Source of the DNA: Bacteroidales bacterium
GTDB lineage: Bacteria > Bacteroidota > Bacteroidia > Bacteroidales > S143-33
Direction: 5' to 3'
NCBI GenBank assembly: GCA_015489395.1
Contig: WFZV01000001.1
Location: 1-36,222, forward strand
Length of the DNA stretch: 36,222 nucleotides
Shown: positions 19,508 through 27,640 of the stretch, piece by piece
Numbering within the stretch: the stretch's first letter is position 1
How the letters are laid out: every line of letters begins with the position of its first letter
Notes under the pieces: generated by a model
Told to the model about the DNA's origin: nothing
The model's input: only the letters and a program-made list of their open reading frames with translations
Database searches by the model: none
Made by a program: the position numbers and the translations under genes

Positions 19508-20560
19508 TTATTTTATGTTTTTGTATTGTTTTATTTTCTCGTAAGCTTCGAGGATAATACGGAAATGCTCGGTATTGAGCTGTGCAGCTTCTTTGTTGGG
19601 TTGCCGGTCAGGGTGATAGAGTTTTGCCAGTTTGCGGAATTGTGCTTTGATTTGCTGTTCTGTAGCATCAACGGGCAAGCCTAAGATTTTAAAATATGTT
19701 TCGATCGATACATTGTGAGATGTAGTGTGTTGTTTTTGTTTTTTTTGACTCTGGTGTTGGTATTCTTTTGTTAGGTAAATTTGTTTTATTCTAAAAAGTT
19801 CGTCTTGTTTAATGCCTAAATTTTGAGCTATTTGTGTTAAAATCGTTTCGTTTTTACATCCATTTAGGTTGTTATACACATACAGCTGGCAAAGTAGCGA
19901 GAAAAGAAACCGTCGGTCTAAAGACGATAGGTTTCGAAGTGTTTTAAAGATTATGTTTAAATCAGAAGGTAATTGCAAATCAATTGCCTGTTCAGCTATT
20001 TTAGCGCCAAAGAGACGGATTAATGTTTGTCGTACAATTAACAGGTCTTCGTGCGAGTTTTTCTTGTATTTTAAGACTATTTTAGCAAGGCTGATGTATG
20101 CATAAGCAAATATCGGCAGGTTGCTGGTTTGGTGTTTTATTAAATATGTGTAAATGCTATAGCCAAAAAGTCCGAGCGCAACGATGAAAAATACAGCATT
20201 TCTGCCCAAAAGTTCGATAAAAGGACTGAGTAGCACGATTATTATAAACATTATCGTCCAGAATTCAATAAGTCCGTATTTGGCACGGGAGTTTAAGTCA
20301 TCGTACTTGTGGACAGCAGCATCGCGCGATTTGTTAAGTTTAAAATATGGGCAATAAGCATAAAAATCAGGTTTCTCGTTGGTTATACCGCACATTAGTC
20401 CTTTGTGTACATCGCCGTAAGCATAGTCGCAACTTCTGCAAAGGTTGATTTTAGGCGGAAAATGAAATTTTATTTTAAAGCTTTTTGATGCCAATATAAT
20501 TTTTCGTTTTTTTGTAGTCACTAAATTTACAGCTTTTTGAACAAATAAAAAGCTAAACAA
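19508..20560 (-). CDS. DjlA-like membrane J-domain co-chaperone with an N-terminal Cys4 segment
   Basis: C-terminal J domain YFKILGLPVDATEQQIKAQFRKLAKLYHPDR with an HPD motif. Two central TM helices. N-terminal CRSC...C...C cluster. The tracked start 20560 is TTG, with alternatives GTG 20521 and TTG 20494, so the start is uncertain. Confidence 0.65.
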   Translation of the reverse strand: MFSFLFVQKAVNLVTTKKRKIILASKSFKIKFHFPPKINLCRSCDYAYGDVHKGLMCGITNEKPDFYAYCPYFKLNKSRDAAVHKYDDLNSRAKYGLIEFWTIMFIIIVLLSPFIELLGRNAVFFIVALGLFGYSIYTYLIKHQTSNLPIFAYAYISLAKIVLKYKKNSHEDLLIVRQTLIRLFGAKIAEQAIDLQLPSDLNIIFKTLRNLSSLDRRFLFSLLCQLYVYNNLNGCKNETILTQIAQNLGIKQDELFRIKQIYLTKEYQHQSQKKQKQHTTSHNVSIETYFKILGLPVDATEQQIKAQFRKLAKLYHPDRQPNKEAAQLNTEHFRIILEAYEKIKQYKNIK

Positions 20561-20592
20561 CTACGAAAAATAAATTTTAAAAATCGATAATC

Positions 20593-21372
20593 ATGAAGAA
20601 AAATGCTAAGATTTTTGCATTAGGCCTTTTAATTGGGATTTTGGCCACAGGTTTTACTTTTATAAAATTGAATCCACTTGCAAATCAGTTAGTTGTATCG
20701 GTATTCTGGTATCAGCACTCTAACGAGAAAAAAGCTTTATATTTGCAGGGATTTAATCTTGCAAAACATGCTATAGACCAAACACTTGCAAATTATCATG
20801 GCAGCAAACCTTTGGCTGTGATTGTTGATATTGACGAAACAGTTTTAGACAATAGTCCGTACGAAACTTTTTTAATAAAAAACGGACAGAGTTTTACACA
20901 TAAAACCTGGGATAAATGGGTTCGTGAAGCACGGGCAAATCCTACGCCTGGTGCAGTAGAATTTACAAAATATGCTCAACAAAAAGGCGTTGAAGTTTTT
21001 TATATCACAAACCGCCGCGAGAAAAACCGCCAATATACTCTGGTAAATTTGCAAAATCAAGGATTCGCTTTTGCTGATAGCGCTCATTTGCTTATGCGCA
21101 CCAATACCAGCGATAAAACTGCACGCAGACAAAAAGTCCAGAGCAAATACCACGTAGTTTGTTATATTGGCGATTCAATGGGGGATTTTGATCGAAAGTA
21201 TGTTGACGACAAAGACGCTGCTTTACTGTATCAAGACGTAGATTCGTTTGGTACTAAGTACATTGTAATGCCTAATCCAATGTATGGACATTGGATTTAT
21301 TTGCGATATCCGAAAGATGTTTTAACCGACGAACAAAAAGCAAAATACCGTATTCAACTGCTTGAAGATTAG
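20593..21372 (+). CDS. class B acid phosphatase / 5-prime-nucleotidase, e(P4) family (HAD superfamily)
   Basis: 259 aa. N-terminal hydrophobic anchor or signal with no lipobox Cys. HAD motifs AVIVDIDETVLDNSPYE (DxDxT), YITNR and IGDSMGDFD. Confidence 0.85.
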   Translation: MKKNAKIFALGLLIGILATGFTFIKLNPLANQLVVSVFWYQHSNEKKALYLQGFNLAKHAIDQTLANYHGSKPLAVIVDIDETVLDNSPYETFLIKNGQSFTHKTWDKWVREARANPTPGAVEFTKYAQQKGVEVFYITNRREKNRQYTLVNLQNQGFAFADSAHLLMRTNTSDKTARRQKVQSKYHVVCYIGDSMGDFDRKYVDDKDAALLYQDVDSFGTKYIVMPNPMYGHWIYLRYPKDVLTDEQKAKYRIQLLED

Positions 21373-21530
21373 GATTTTACTTGCCTATTTGTGCAATAAA
21401 TCCACGAGAATTTTGGTTTTATCAATAGCAGAAGTTTTTACGTATATAGAAATGAGCGATAACCCGTATTTTAACAAAATTTGTCGTTGCGAAAAGTGTG
21501 ACTTGCAAATTGGCTGGTAAATGTACGAAC

Positions 21531-21559
21531 TAACGGCTGCCTTTCACAGGCAGCCGTTA
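21531..21559. repeat. GC-rich hairpin of the CGGCTGCC family between convergent genes
   Basis: TAACGGCTGCC-TTTCACA-GGCAGCCGTTA forms a perfect 11-bp stem. There is no clean U-tract on either strand. Confidence 0.5.
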
Positions 21560-21743
21560 GTTGTTTATAGGTTTTGGGGACGAACAGCTCTTACCTTCCA
21601 TTGATGAGTTGGAGAGAGGTTTGAATTCGATTTAGCTGTCTTGATTGCTCGTGGTAGATGTTCGGTTGTATTTTTTAGTTCGTAATTTAAGTGCTGGGTT
21701 GTAAAATTAGAGCTAATTGCGGCGAAATTTGTGTTTTTTAGTT

Positions 21744-22325
21744 TTAAGAAGCCTGGTTTTGTAAGTTTTGAATAATTTTTATTCTGTCGATTTCAATTTT
21801 GAGTACGAAATAATCAAGTTCAAAGTTTATCGGGATAAAAAGATATTCGTATTTGGTATCGGTTTTACGGGCGATGTCAATCAGTCCGAGGCCAGCGCCA
21901 CCTTTTTCAGACAGTCGTCCTTCGACCAATTGTTTTTTGTACATTTCTTTTAGTTGTTCTTTAGTAGCGTTATTGATTTGGTCGAGGGTGCTTTTAATTT
22001 TAGGTACGTTGGATTTCAGGATTTTGTTTGAGGTGATAATGTAATAAATATGGTTTTTGCGTCCAATCATAAATAGTCCGCTTCCTTCGCCAAGTTCGTC
22101 AGCATGTCGTTGCATATTTTGCAGGATTTCGACGATTGTATGGTAGACTCTTCGGCGGGTTATTTTGTTATCGCATTCTTTTTCTAACTCAGATTCGACC
22201 ATTTCAGAGAAAAACTTAGTAATACGTTGGTTAAATTTTCCGATATAGACAACGTAAATGCCGTTTTCGATTAAGGCATCGTACAGGTTCAGAACTGCCT
22301 GCATGAATTCTGCGTCAAGTTTCAT
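21744..22325 (-). CDS. SiaB-like GHKL-fold (anti-sigma/partner-switching type) protein kinase
   Basis: 193 aa. N-box-like VEILQNMQRHAD and G2-box-like GGAGLGLIDIARK. The overall pattern matches my memory of Bacteroidota proteins annotated as SiaB family protein kinase. Starts 11 nt after the EEP nuclease stop. Confidence 0.6.
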   Translation of the reverse strand: MKLDAEFMQAVLNLYDALIENGIYVVYIGKFNQRITKFFSEMVESELEKECDNKITRRRVYHTIVEILQNMQRHADELGEGSGLFMIGRKNHIYYIITSNKILKSNVPKIKSTLDQINNATKEQLKEMYKKQLVEGRLSEKGGAGLGLIDIARKTDTKYEYLFIPINFELDYFVLKIEIDRIKIIQNLQNQAS

Positions 22326-22336
22326 AACTTGATGAT

Positions 22337-23359
22337 TTACTGTGGTTTAATTAGTAAAATGTAAACAGGTAAATGGTCGCTATATCCGCCTAAGTATTGT
22401 CCACCAGCGTAAGTTCTAAACGGATAACCTTCAAATCGTCCGCTTTTTTGTAGCAAAAATGGTTTGTTAAATATTTCGTAACGCCAGAATTTGTAATGGT
22501 TATGGTCTTTAAGCAAAGCCTGTGAAACCATGATTTGGTCGAATAAGTCCCATGAATCGTGATAAGCTAAAGTTCCTATGCCTTTTTTAAATTTTTTGTA
22601 GCTTGGGTTGTATAAATCGCCGGGTTGAAGTTGTTTTTTCTTGCCTTTTGCGCGAAGATATTTAACAACGCTTTCATTATCGGGGTCGTCGTTAAGGTCG
22701 CCCATTACGATAATACGAGCGTTGGGGTTGATTGTAAAAATGGAATCGATAATTCTTCGTGCTGTGGCTGCGGCAGTGTCGCGATTTGGAGCGCTTCGTT
22801 TTTCGCCACCATAGCGGGACGGCCAGTGATTGACCAAAACAAAAATCGTATCTGTATGGTCTAAAATGCCTTTAACCACTAAAATATCACGAGTTGGATA
22901 ATGGTCAGCCAGATGTACAGGTACATGTTTTGCGTTTAAAAGTCTGAAAAACAATGGGTTATATAGCAATGCCACGTCAATGCCACGACGGTCAGGTCCT
23001 TCGAAATGTACTATTTGGTAATGGCGGTTTGCGATTTGAGGTTGTTTTACTAAATCTTCCAGAACTCTGCGGTTTTCTACTTCTGCCAGGCCCATGATAA
23101 TGGGACCGGTTTTGACGTAGTCAGTGCCTAATTTCTGAATAACAGTAGCGATATGTGCTAATTTAATGTCATATCGTTGCGTATTCCAGTGGCGAGGCGA
23201 GTTAGGAGTAAATTCTTCGTCACGTTTATTTGGATCATCGATTGTGTCGAAGAAGTTTTCGACATTATAAAATCCAATGCAAGCGACTTTGTAATTTCTT
23301 TGAGCGAAAGTTAAAACGTAAAAAAACGAAATAAAAAACAGTACTAAAATTCTTTTCAT
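22337..23359 (-). CDS. secreted endonuclease/exonuclease/phosphatase (EEP) family protein
   Basis: 340 aa. Signal peptide MKRILVLFFISFFYVLTFAQ. N-terminal GFYNVENFFD, GDLND, and C-terminal SDHLPVY are EEP catalytic motifs. Confidence 0.85.
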   Translation of the reverse strand: MKRILVLFFISFFYVLTFAQRNYKVACIGFYNVENFFDTIDDPNKRDEEFTPNSPRHWNTQRYDIKLAHIATVIQKLGTDYVKTGPIIMGLAEVENRRVLEDLVKQPQIANRHYQIVHFEGPDRRGIDVALLYNPLFFRLLNAKHVPVHLADHYPTRDILVVKGILDHTDTIFVLVNHWPSRYGGEKRSAPNRDTAAATARRIIDSIFTINPNARIIVMGDLNDDPDNESVVKYLRAKGKKKQLQPGDLYNPSYKKFKKGIGTLAYHDSWDLFDQIMVSQALLKDHNHYKFWRYEIFNKPFLLQKSGRFEGYPFRTYAGGQYLGGYSDHLPVYILLIKPQ

Positions 23360-23374
23360 ATCTTAAATAAATTA

Positions 23375-23382
23375 TAACTTTG
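23375..23382 (+). promoter_or_regulatory. candidate Bacteroidota -7 promoter box for the TonB-dependent receptor gene
   Basis: TAACTTTG matches the TAnnTTTG consensus, 61 nt upstream of ATG 23444. Confidence 0.3.
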
Positions 23383-23388
23383 CTCTTC

Positions 23389-23396
23389 CAAAGATA
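23389..23396 (-). promoter_or_regulatory. candidate Bacteroidota -7 promoter box for the EEP nuclease / SiaB-like operon
   Basis: The minus strand reads TATCTTTG (TAnnTTTG), 29 nt upstream of ATG 23359 and back-to-back with the plus-strand box. Confidence 0.3.
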
Positions 23397-23443
23397 ATTA
23401 AAATTTAAAAAACAAAACGCTAAAAACATCAAATTTTAAACGT

Positions 23444-26176
23444 ATGAAACAAAAATTATTTTTGGTTCTGGGGCTAATGTTCTTATTTTCAGTTGGCTTC
23501 TCCCAGACCAAAATTATAGGAAAAGTTTTAGACCAGACGAATTCACCTGTTGTTGGAGCGACAGTTCAAATTCTGAGTACGGACATTTCGACACAGACCA
23601 ATGCACAAGGTAATTTTGAACTTACTTTGCCTAAAGCTGGAGAATATCAGCTTTTGGTCACAGCAACAGGTTTCATTGATTATTTAACACAGGTGAAAGT
23701 ATCACAGAATCAAGTTTTAAATCTTGGAAATATTGTTATGCAGCCGATTGAATTAAATCAAGACGAAGCAGAGCTGGAGGTTTCACAAGATGAAGTGTCG
23801 CAAGAGGAACTGGGCGAAGAAAATATTTCCGGTCTATTACACGGGTCGCGTGATGTATTTTTGTCTGCAGCTGCTTATAACCTGGGAATGTTGCGATTCA
23901 GGGTCCGTGGCTATGACAATATGTATAACGAAGTAGATATCAACGGCATGCCCATGGAAAACATGGATAATGGACGGGTTTATTGGTCTTTATGGGGCGG
24001 ATTGAATAATGTTACACGTTATCGAACAAGTTATCTGGGATTGGAACGTAATGATTTGACTTTTGGCAATATAGCAGGTTCGACTAATATCGATATGTTT
24101 CCTTCAAAGTTCCGCAAAGGCTATAATGTTACGTATTCATTGACCAATAGAACTTACCGTCAGCGTTTGATGTTTACGTATTCCACAGGTTTATTGCCTA
24201 ATAATTGGGCTTTTACAGTTTCTGCAAGCCATAGATGGTCGCAAGAAGGTTATATTCCCGGAACTTTTTACGATGCCTGGGCATATTACATTGGTGTAGA
24301 AAAGCAGCTGAAAAGACATTCGATTGTGATGAATCTTTTTGGTGCGCCAATCAGACGAGGAAAAGCTGGTGCAACTGTGCAAGAAGTTTATGATTTAGTC
24401 GGTTCGCATTATTATAACCCATATTGGGGTTGGCAAAACGGACGTAAGAGAAACAGCCGCATTGCTCATTCGCACATACCTGTTTTATTGCTCACAGATG
24501 TCTGGAATATTGACGACAATACAAAGCTTACGACAACACTTAGTTTGCGCGGAGGTGTAAATGGCGCTACTGCTTTGAACTGGTATAACGCACCTGACCC
24601 GCGTCCGGATTATTACCGTTATTTGCCAAGTTATATGACAAATGAGGAGTCGGCACAGATTGTTGCTGATTTGTTTGCCACAGATTCGTCGTATAACCAG
24701 ATAAATTGGTCTCGTTTGTACGATGCCAACCGTTCAAGTTATGAAGTAATCGAAAATGCTAATGGTATTGCAGGAAACACCGTAGAAGGTTACCGCGCTC
24801 AGTATATTGTTGAAGACCGCCGTTATGACCAGCGTGAGGTTGCTCTGGCGTCGATTTTAAACAAAACTATCAAAGACAATCTCAAAGTTGATGGTGGATT
24901 CTTAGCCAGGTATTATGTTACGAAAGATTTTAAGAAATTAGTTGATTTGTTGGGAGCTGATTATTGGGTTGATGTTGATAAATATGCTGAAAGAGACTTT
25001 GGTAGTCCGGATTCAGCGCAAAACGATTTGCAGATTCCTAATCATATTATCAAACAGGGCGATGTATTTGGTTACAAGTACGATGCAATTATCGTAAATA
25101 GCCGTACATGGGCGCAGGCTTTGTGGAGTTTACCACACGTAGATTTATACGGTGCAGGTTATTTGAGCTATACAAGTTTTTGGCGTTATGGTTATATGAA
25201 AAATGGGCGTTTCCCGAATAATTCTCTGGGTAAGTCAAAGGTCAATAATTTCTTTAATTATGGTGTAAAGTTTGGGGTAACAGGCAAAATCACCGGTCGT
25301 CATTACGTTGTGGTACATGCTGCGTATATGACAGAGGCTCCGACGTTTATGAATTCCTTTGTTTCGCCGCGTACTCGTAATGATGTTGTTGATAATCTGA
25401 AGTCAGAGAAAATCATGTCTGTTGATGGTGGTTATTATTTGCGTGCGCCACGGTTGAAGTTTAATGTGACTTTGTATTATACTGAGTTTAAAGACCGTAC
25501 AAAGGTTCGCAGTTTTTATCATGATGGATACCGGGCTTTTGTAAATTATGTTTTGACAGGCATCAATACAGCTCATCAAGGCATAGAGTTGGCAATGGAA
25601 GCCAAAATTTCGTCGGCTTTAACAGCTACAGCAGTAGGTTCGTTTGGATATTATCGTTATACTTCCCGTCCGTTGGTAACTATCACAGTTGATAACAGCT
25701 CGGAAGTGCTTGCTAAGGACAAAGAGGTTTATGTTAAAGGATTTTTAGTTCCAGGAACACCACAGACCGCAGCTTCAGCTGGTTTGAGATATAATAGTGC
25801 GCATTACTGGTTCGCAGGATTTAATGTTAATTATGTTGAAGATAATTATCTGGATTTCAATCCAGAACGCCGTACACCTGAGGCTGTCGCTTATATTTTG
25901 CCTGGTACTGAGCAATGGAATGAGATTATCATGGAGCAAAAGTTAAAGGGTGGAGTTACTGCTGATGCTTATTTTGTTAAATCGATTAAATTCAGGCAAT
26001 ATTTAGCATATTTAAGCATATCAGTCAACAATATTTTTAACAATCAAAATATCCAAACTGGCGGTTATGAACAACTTCGTTTTGATACCCAAACGCAAGA
26101 CCCGAACAAATTCCCGCCAAAGTATTATTACTACTATGGCCGTCAATACTTTATTAATTTAAGCATAAGGTTCTAA
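23444..26176 (+). CDS. TonB-dependent outer-membrane receptor with an N-terminal CarboxypepD_reg-like domain
   Basis: 910 aa. Signal peptide. KIIGKVLDQTNSPVVGATVQILS...TNAQGNFELTL is a carboxypeptidase-regulatory-like fold. It is followed by an acidic linker, a plug-like segment (RVRGYDNMYNEVDINGMPMEN), a long beta-barrel, and a terminal aromatic (YFINLSIRF). Confidence 0.85.
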   Translation: MKQKLFLVLGLMFLFSVGFSQTKIIGKVLDQTNSPVVGATVQILSTDISTQTNAQGNFELTLPKAGEYQLLVTATGFIDYLTQVKVSQNQVLNLGNIVMQPIELNQDEAELEVSQDEVSQEELGEENISGLLHGSRDVFLSAAAYNLGMLRFRVRGYDNMYNEVDINGMPMENMDNGRVYWSLWGGLNNVTRYRTSYLGLERNDLTFGNIAGSTNIDMFPSKFRKGYNVTYSLTNRTYRQRLMFTYSTGLLPNNWAFTVSASHRWSQEGYIPGTFYDAWAYYIGVEKQLKRHSIVMNLFGAPIRRGKAGATVQEVYDLVGSHYYNPYWGWQNGRKRNSRIAHSHIPVLLLTDVWNIDDNTKLTTTLSLRGGVNGATALNWYNAPDPRPDYYRYLPSYMTNEESAQIVADLFATDSSYNQINWSRLYDANRSSYEVIENANGIAGNTVEGYRAQYIVEDRRYDQREVALASILNKTIKDNLKVDGGFLARYYVTKDFKKLVDLLGADYWVDVDKYAERDFGSPDSAQNDLQIPNHIIKQGDVFGYKYDAIIVNSRTWAQALWSLPHVDLYGAGYLSYTSFWRYGYMKNGRFPNNSLGKSKVNNFFNYGVKFGVTGKITGRHYVVVHAAYMTEAPTFMNSFVSPRTRNDVVDNLKSEKIMSVDGGYYLRAPRLKFNVTLYYTEFKDRTKVRSFYHDGYRAFVNYVLTGINTAHQGIELAMEAKISSALTATAVGSFGYYRYTSRPLVTITVDNSSEVLAKDKEVYVKGFLVPGTPQTAASAGLRYNSAHYWFAGFNVNYVEDNYLDFNPERRTPEAVAYILPGTEQWNEIIMEQKLKGGVTADAYFVKSIKFRQYLAYLSISVNNIFNNQNIQTGGYEQLRFDTQTQDPNKFPPKYYYYYGRQYFINLSIRF

Positions 26177-26219
26177 TTTTTAAACAGTTAAAAACATAAA
26201 AACTTAAAAAAGATAAACC

Positions 26220-27542
26220 ATGAAAACAATAATCAAATCGTTATCAATATTATTTTTGGTGGTAATAGGTTTAAGCTTAAACAGCTGTGTAAAGCAGCAT
26301 TTTGATGTACCACCGTCAAATTGTGACACTTTAGACACAATTAAACCTAATATCACAATCAAGCAGCTCAAGCAAATGCTGCCGTTATCGGTTGATACAT
26401 TGAAAATCGAGGACAATCTGGTCATTTGTGGTAATGTTATTTCGACTGACCGTTACGGAAACTTTTACAAAGAGCTTGTTATCCAGGACTCTACAGCTGG
26501 TATTTCTATACTTTTAGACCAGACTTATCTTTATACAATGTATCCCCAAGGACAGAGGATTGTTGTACGTTTAAAAGGCTTGTATTTAGGCCGTTCGCAT
26601 GGAGTTATCAAATTAGGCTCAACTTATGACGATAACGGCGTGACGAGGTTTGGACGTATCCAGGGGCAAGAAGTGATTGACCAACATATAATTAAGACTT
26701 GCCAGAACCAGGATGTCGAACCGATTTTAATCACCATGGACCAGATAAATGACGATCTCTTGTACCGTTATGTCAAGTTAAATCCGGTAGAGTTTGTCGA
26801 TGATGAATTGGGTACAACATGGGCAAATCCTTATGCAGACCCGCCACAGCCTGTAAATCATCACCTTGTTGATACAAACGGCAATGAAATTATTGTTCGT
26901 ACGAGCGGCTATGCTTCATTTGCAGCAGAGCAAATTCCAGAAGGTAGTGGCGAGTTTGTAGGTATTTTGGGTAAATACAATACTGATTACCAGCTTTATG
27001 TCAATACGCCCAAAGAGCTTGATATGACTCACGACAGATTCCAGTTGCCGCTTAATATTATGAAAGACTTTAGCGATGGCAGCTTGACCTCTGGCGGTTG
27101 GCAAAATATCGCACTTGAAGGTTCGGTTAACTGGACTTACCAATCGCAATCTGGTAATCCTCCTGGTTGCGCTGTTGCCAAGAATTACGTTGGCGGTAGC
27201 CATGTCCAGGCAGATGTCTGGTTTATTTCACCTGCACTTGATTTGACACAGGCACAAAATCCTGTATTTAACTTCGACAATGCTCATGGATATTCAGGCG
27301 ATTGGCTAAGAGTTTATTATTGTACAAATTGGGACGGAACACAGGGGAATCTGCTGAGCGCTAATTGGACGCTCGTACAGTTTAATAGCGATAGTTCAAA
27401 TACGTTCTGGGTATGGAAAAATTCTGGCGATATAGCATTGCCTAAAGAGCAGACCGTTTATATTGCATTTCGCTACACAGGCAGCACAACAGATGGAATG
27501 ACCTGGGAGATTGACAATATCCATATTTTCGACAAAAAATAA
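26220..27542 (+). CDS. surface lipoprotein with an OB-fold-like (DUF5689-like) N-terminal part and a choice-of-anchor-J-like C-terminal domain
   Basis: 440 aa. Lipobox LSLNSC. LVICGNVISTDRYGNFYKELVIQDSTAGISILLD...GQRIVVRLKGLYLG matches my memory of DUF5689, the OB-like module of extracellular nucleases. The C-terminus FSDGSLTSGGWQNI...WFISPALDL...MTWEIDNIHIF is choice-of-anchor-J-like. Starts 43 nt after the receptor gene. Confidence 0.6.
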   Translation: MKTIIKSLSILFLVVIGLSLNSCVKQHFDVPPSNCDTLDTIKPNITIKQLKQMLPLSVDTLKIEDNLVICGNVISTDRYGNFYKELVIQDSTAGISILLDQTYLYTMYPQGQRIVVRLKGLYLGRSHGVIKLGSTYDDNGVTRFGRIQGQEVIDQHIIKTCQNQDVEPILITMDQINDDLLYRYVKLNPVEFVDDELGTTWANPYADPPQPVNHHLVDTNGNEIIVRTSGYASFAAEQIPEGSGEFVGILGKYNTDYQLYVNTPKELDMTHDRFQLPLNIMKDFSDGSLTSGGWQNIALEGSVNWTYQSQSGNPPGCAVAKNYVGGSHVQADVWFISPALDLTQAQNPVFNFDNAHGYSGDWLRVYYCTNWDGTQGNLLSANWTLVQFNSDSSNTFWVWKNSGDIALPKEQTVYIAFRYTGSTTDGMTWEIDNIHIFDKK

Positions 27543-27596
27543 CGTTCAGGATTTTTCTGTAAATTAGAAATTTGCTAACTTACAAAGTTGATTGTA

Positions 27597-27640
27597 CAAA
27601 TACATAATTGGCAGGCGCAAGCCTGCCAATTATGTATTTG
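27597..27640. other. perfect 20-bp hairpin with a GCAA tetraloop
   Basis: CAAATACATAATTGGCAGGC-GCAA-GCCTGCCAATTATGTATTTG checked base by base. It lies 55 nt after the lipoprotein stop and has no U-tract. Confidence 0.8.

Noticed and set aside
21568-21741. 58-codon stop-free frame on the minus strand just downstream of the SiaB-like gene, a possible decayed SiaC/DUF1987 partner. A GGTTTGAATTC stretch also resembles a tRNA T-loop.
   Set aside because: The frame has no ATG, GTG or TTG start, and its translation (LKNTNFAAISSNFTTQHLNYELKN...) bears no resemblance to DUF1987. The T-loop-like string lacks a complementary T-stem and any acceptor or anticodon arms.
26204-26425. 73-aa minus-strand ORF over the start of the lipoprotein gene.
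   Set aside because: It is antisense to a clear lipoprotein signal peptide and lipobox and has no motif.
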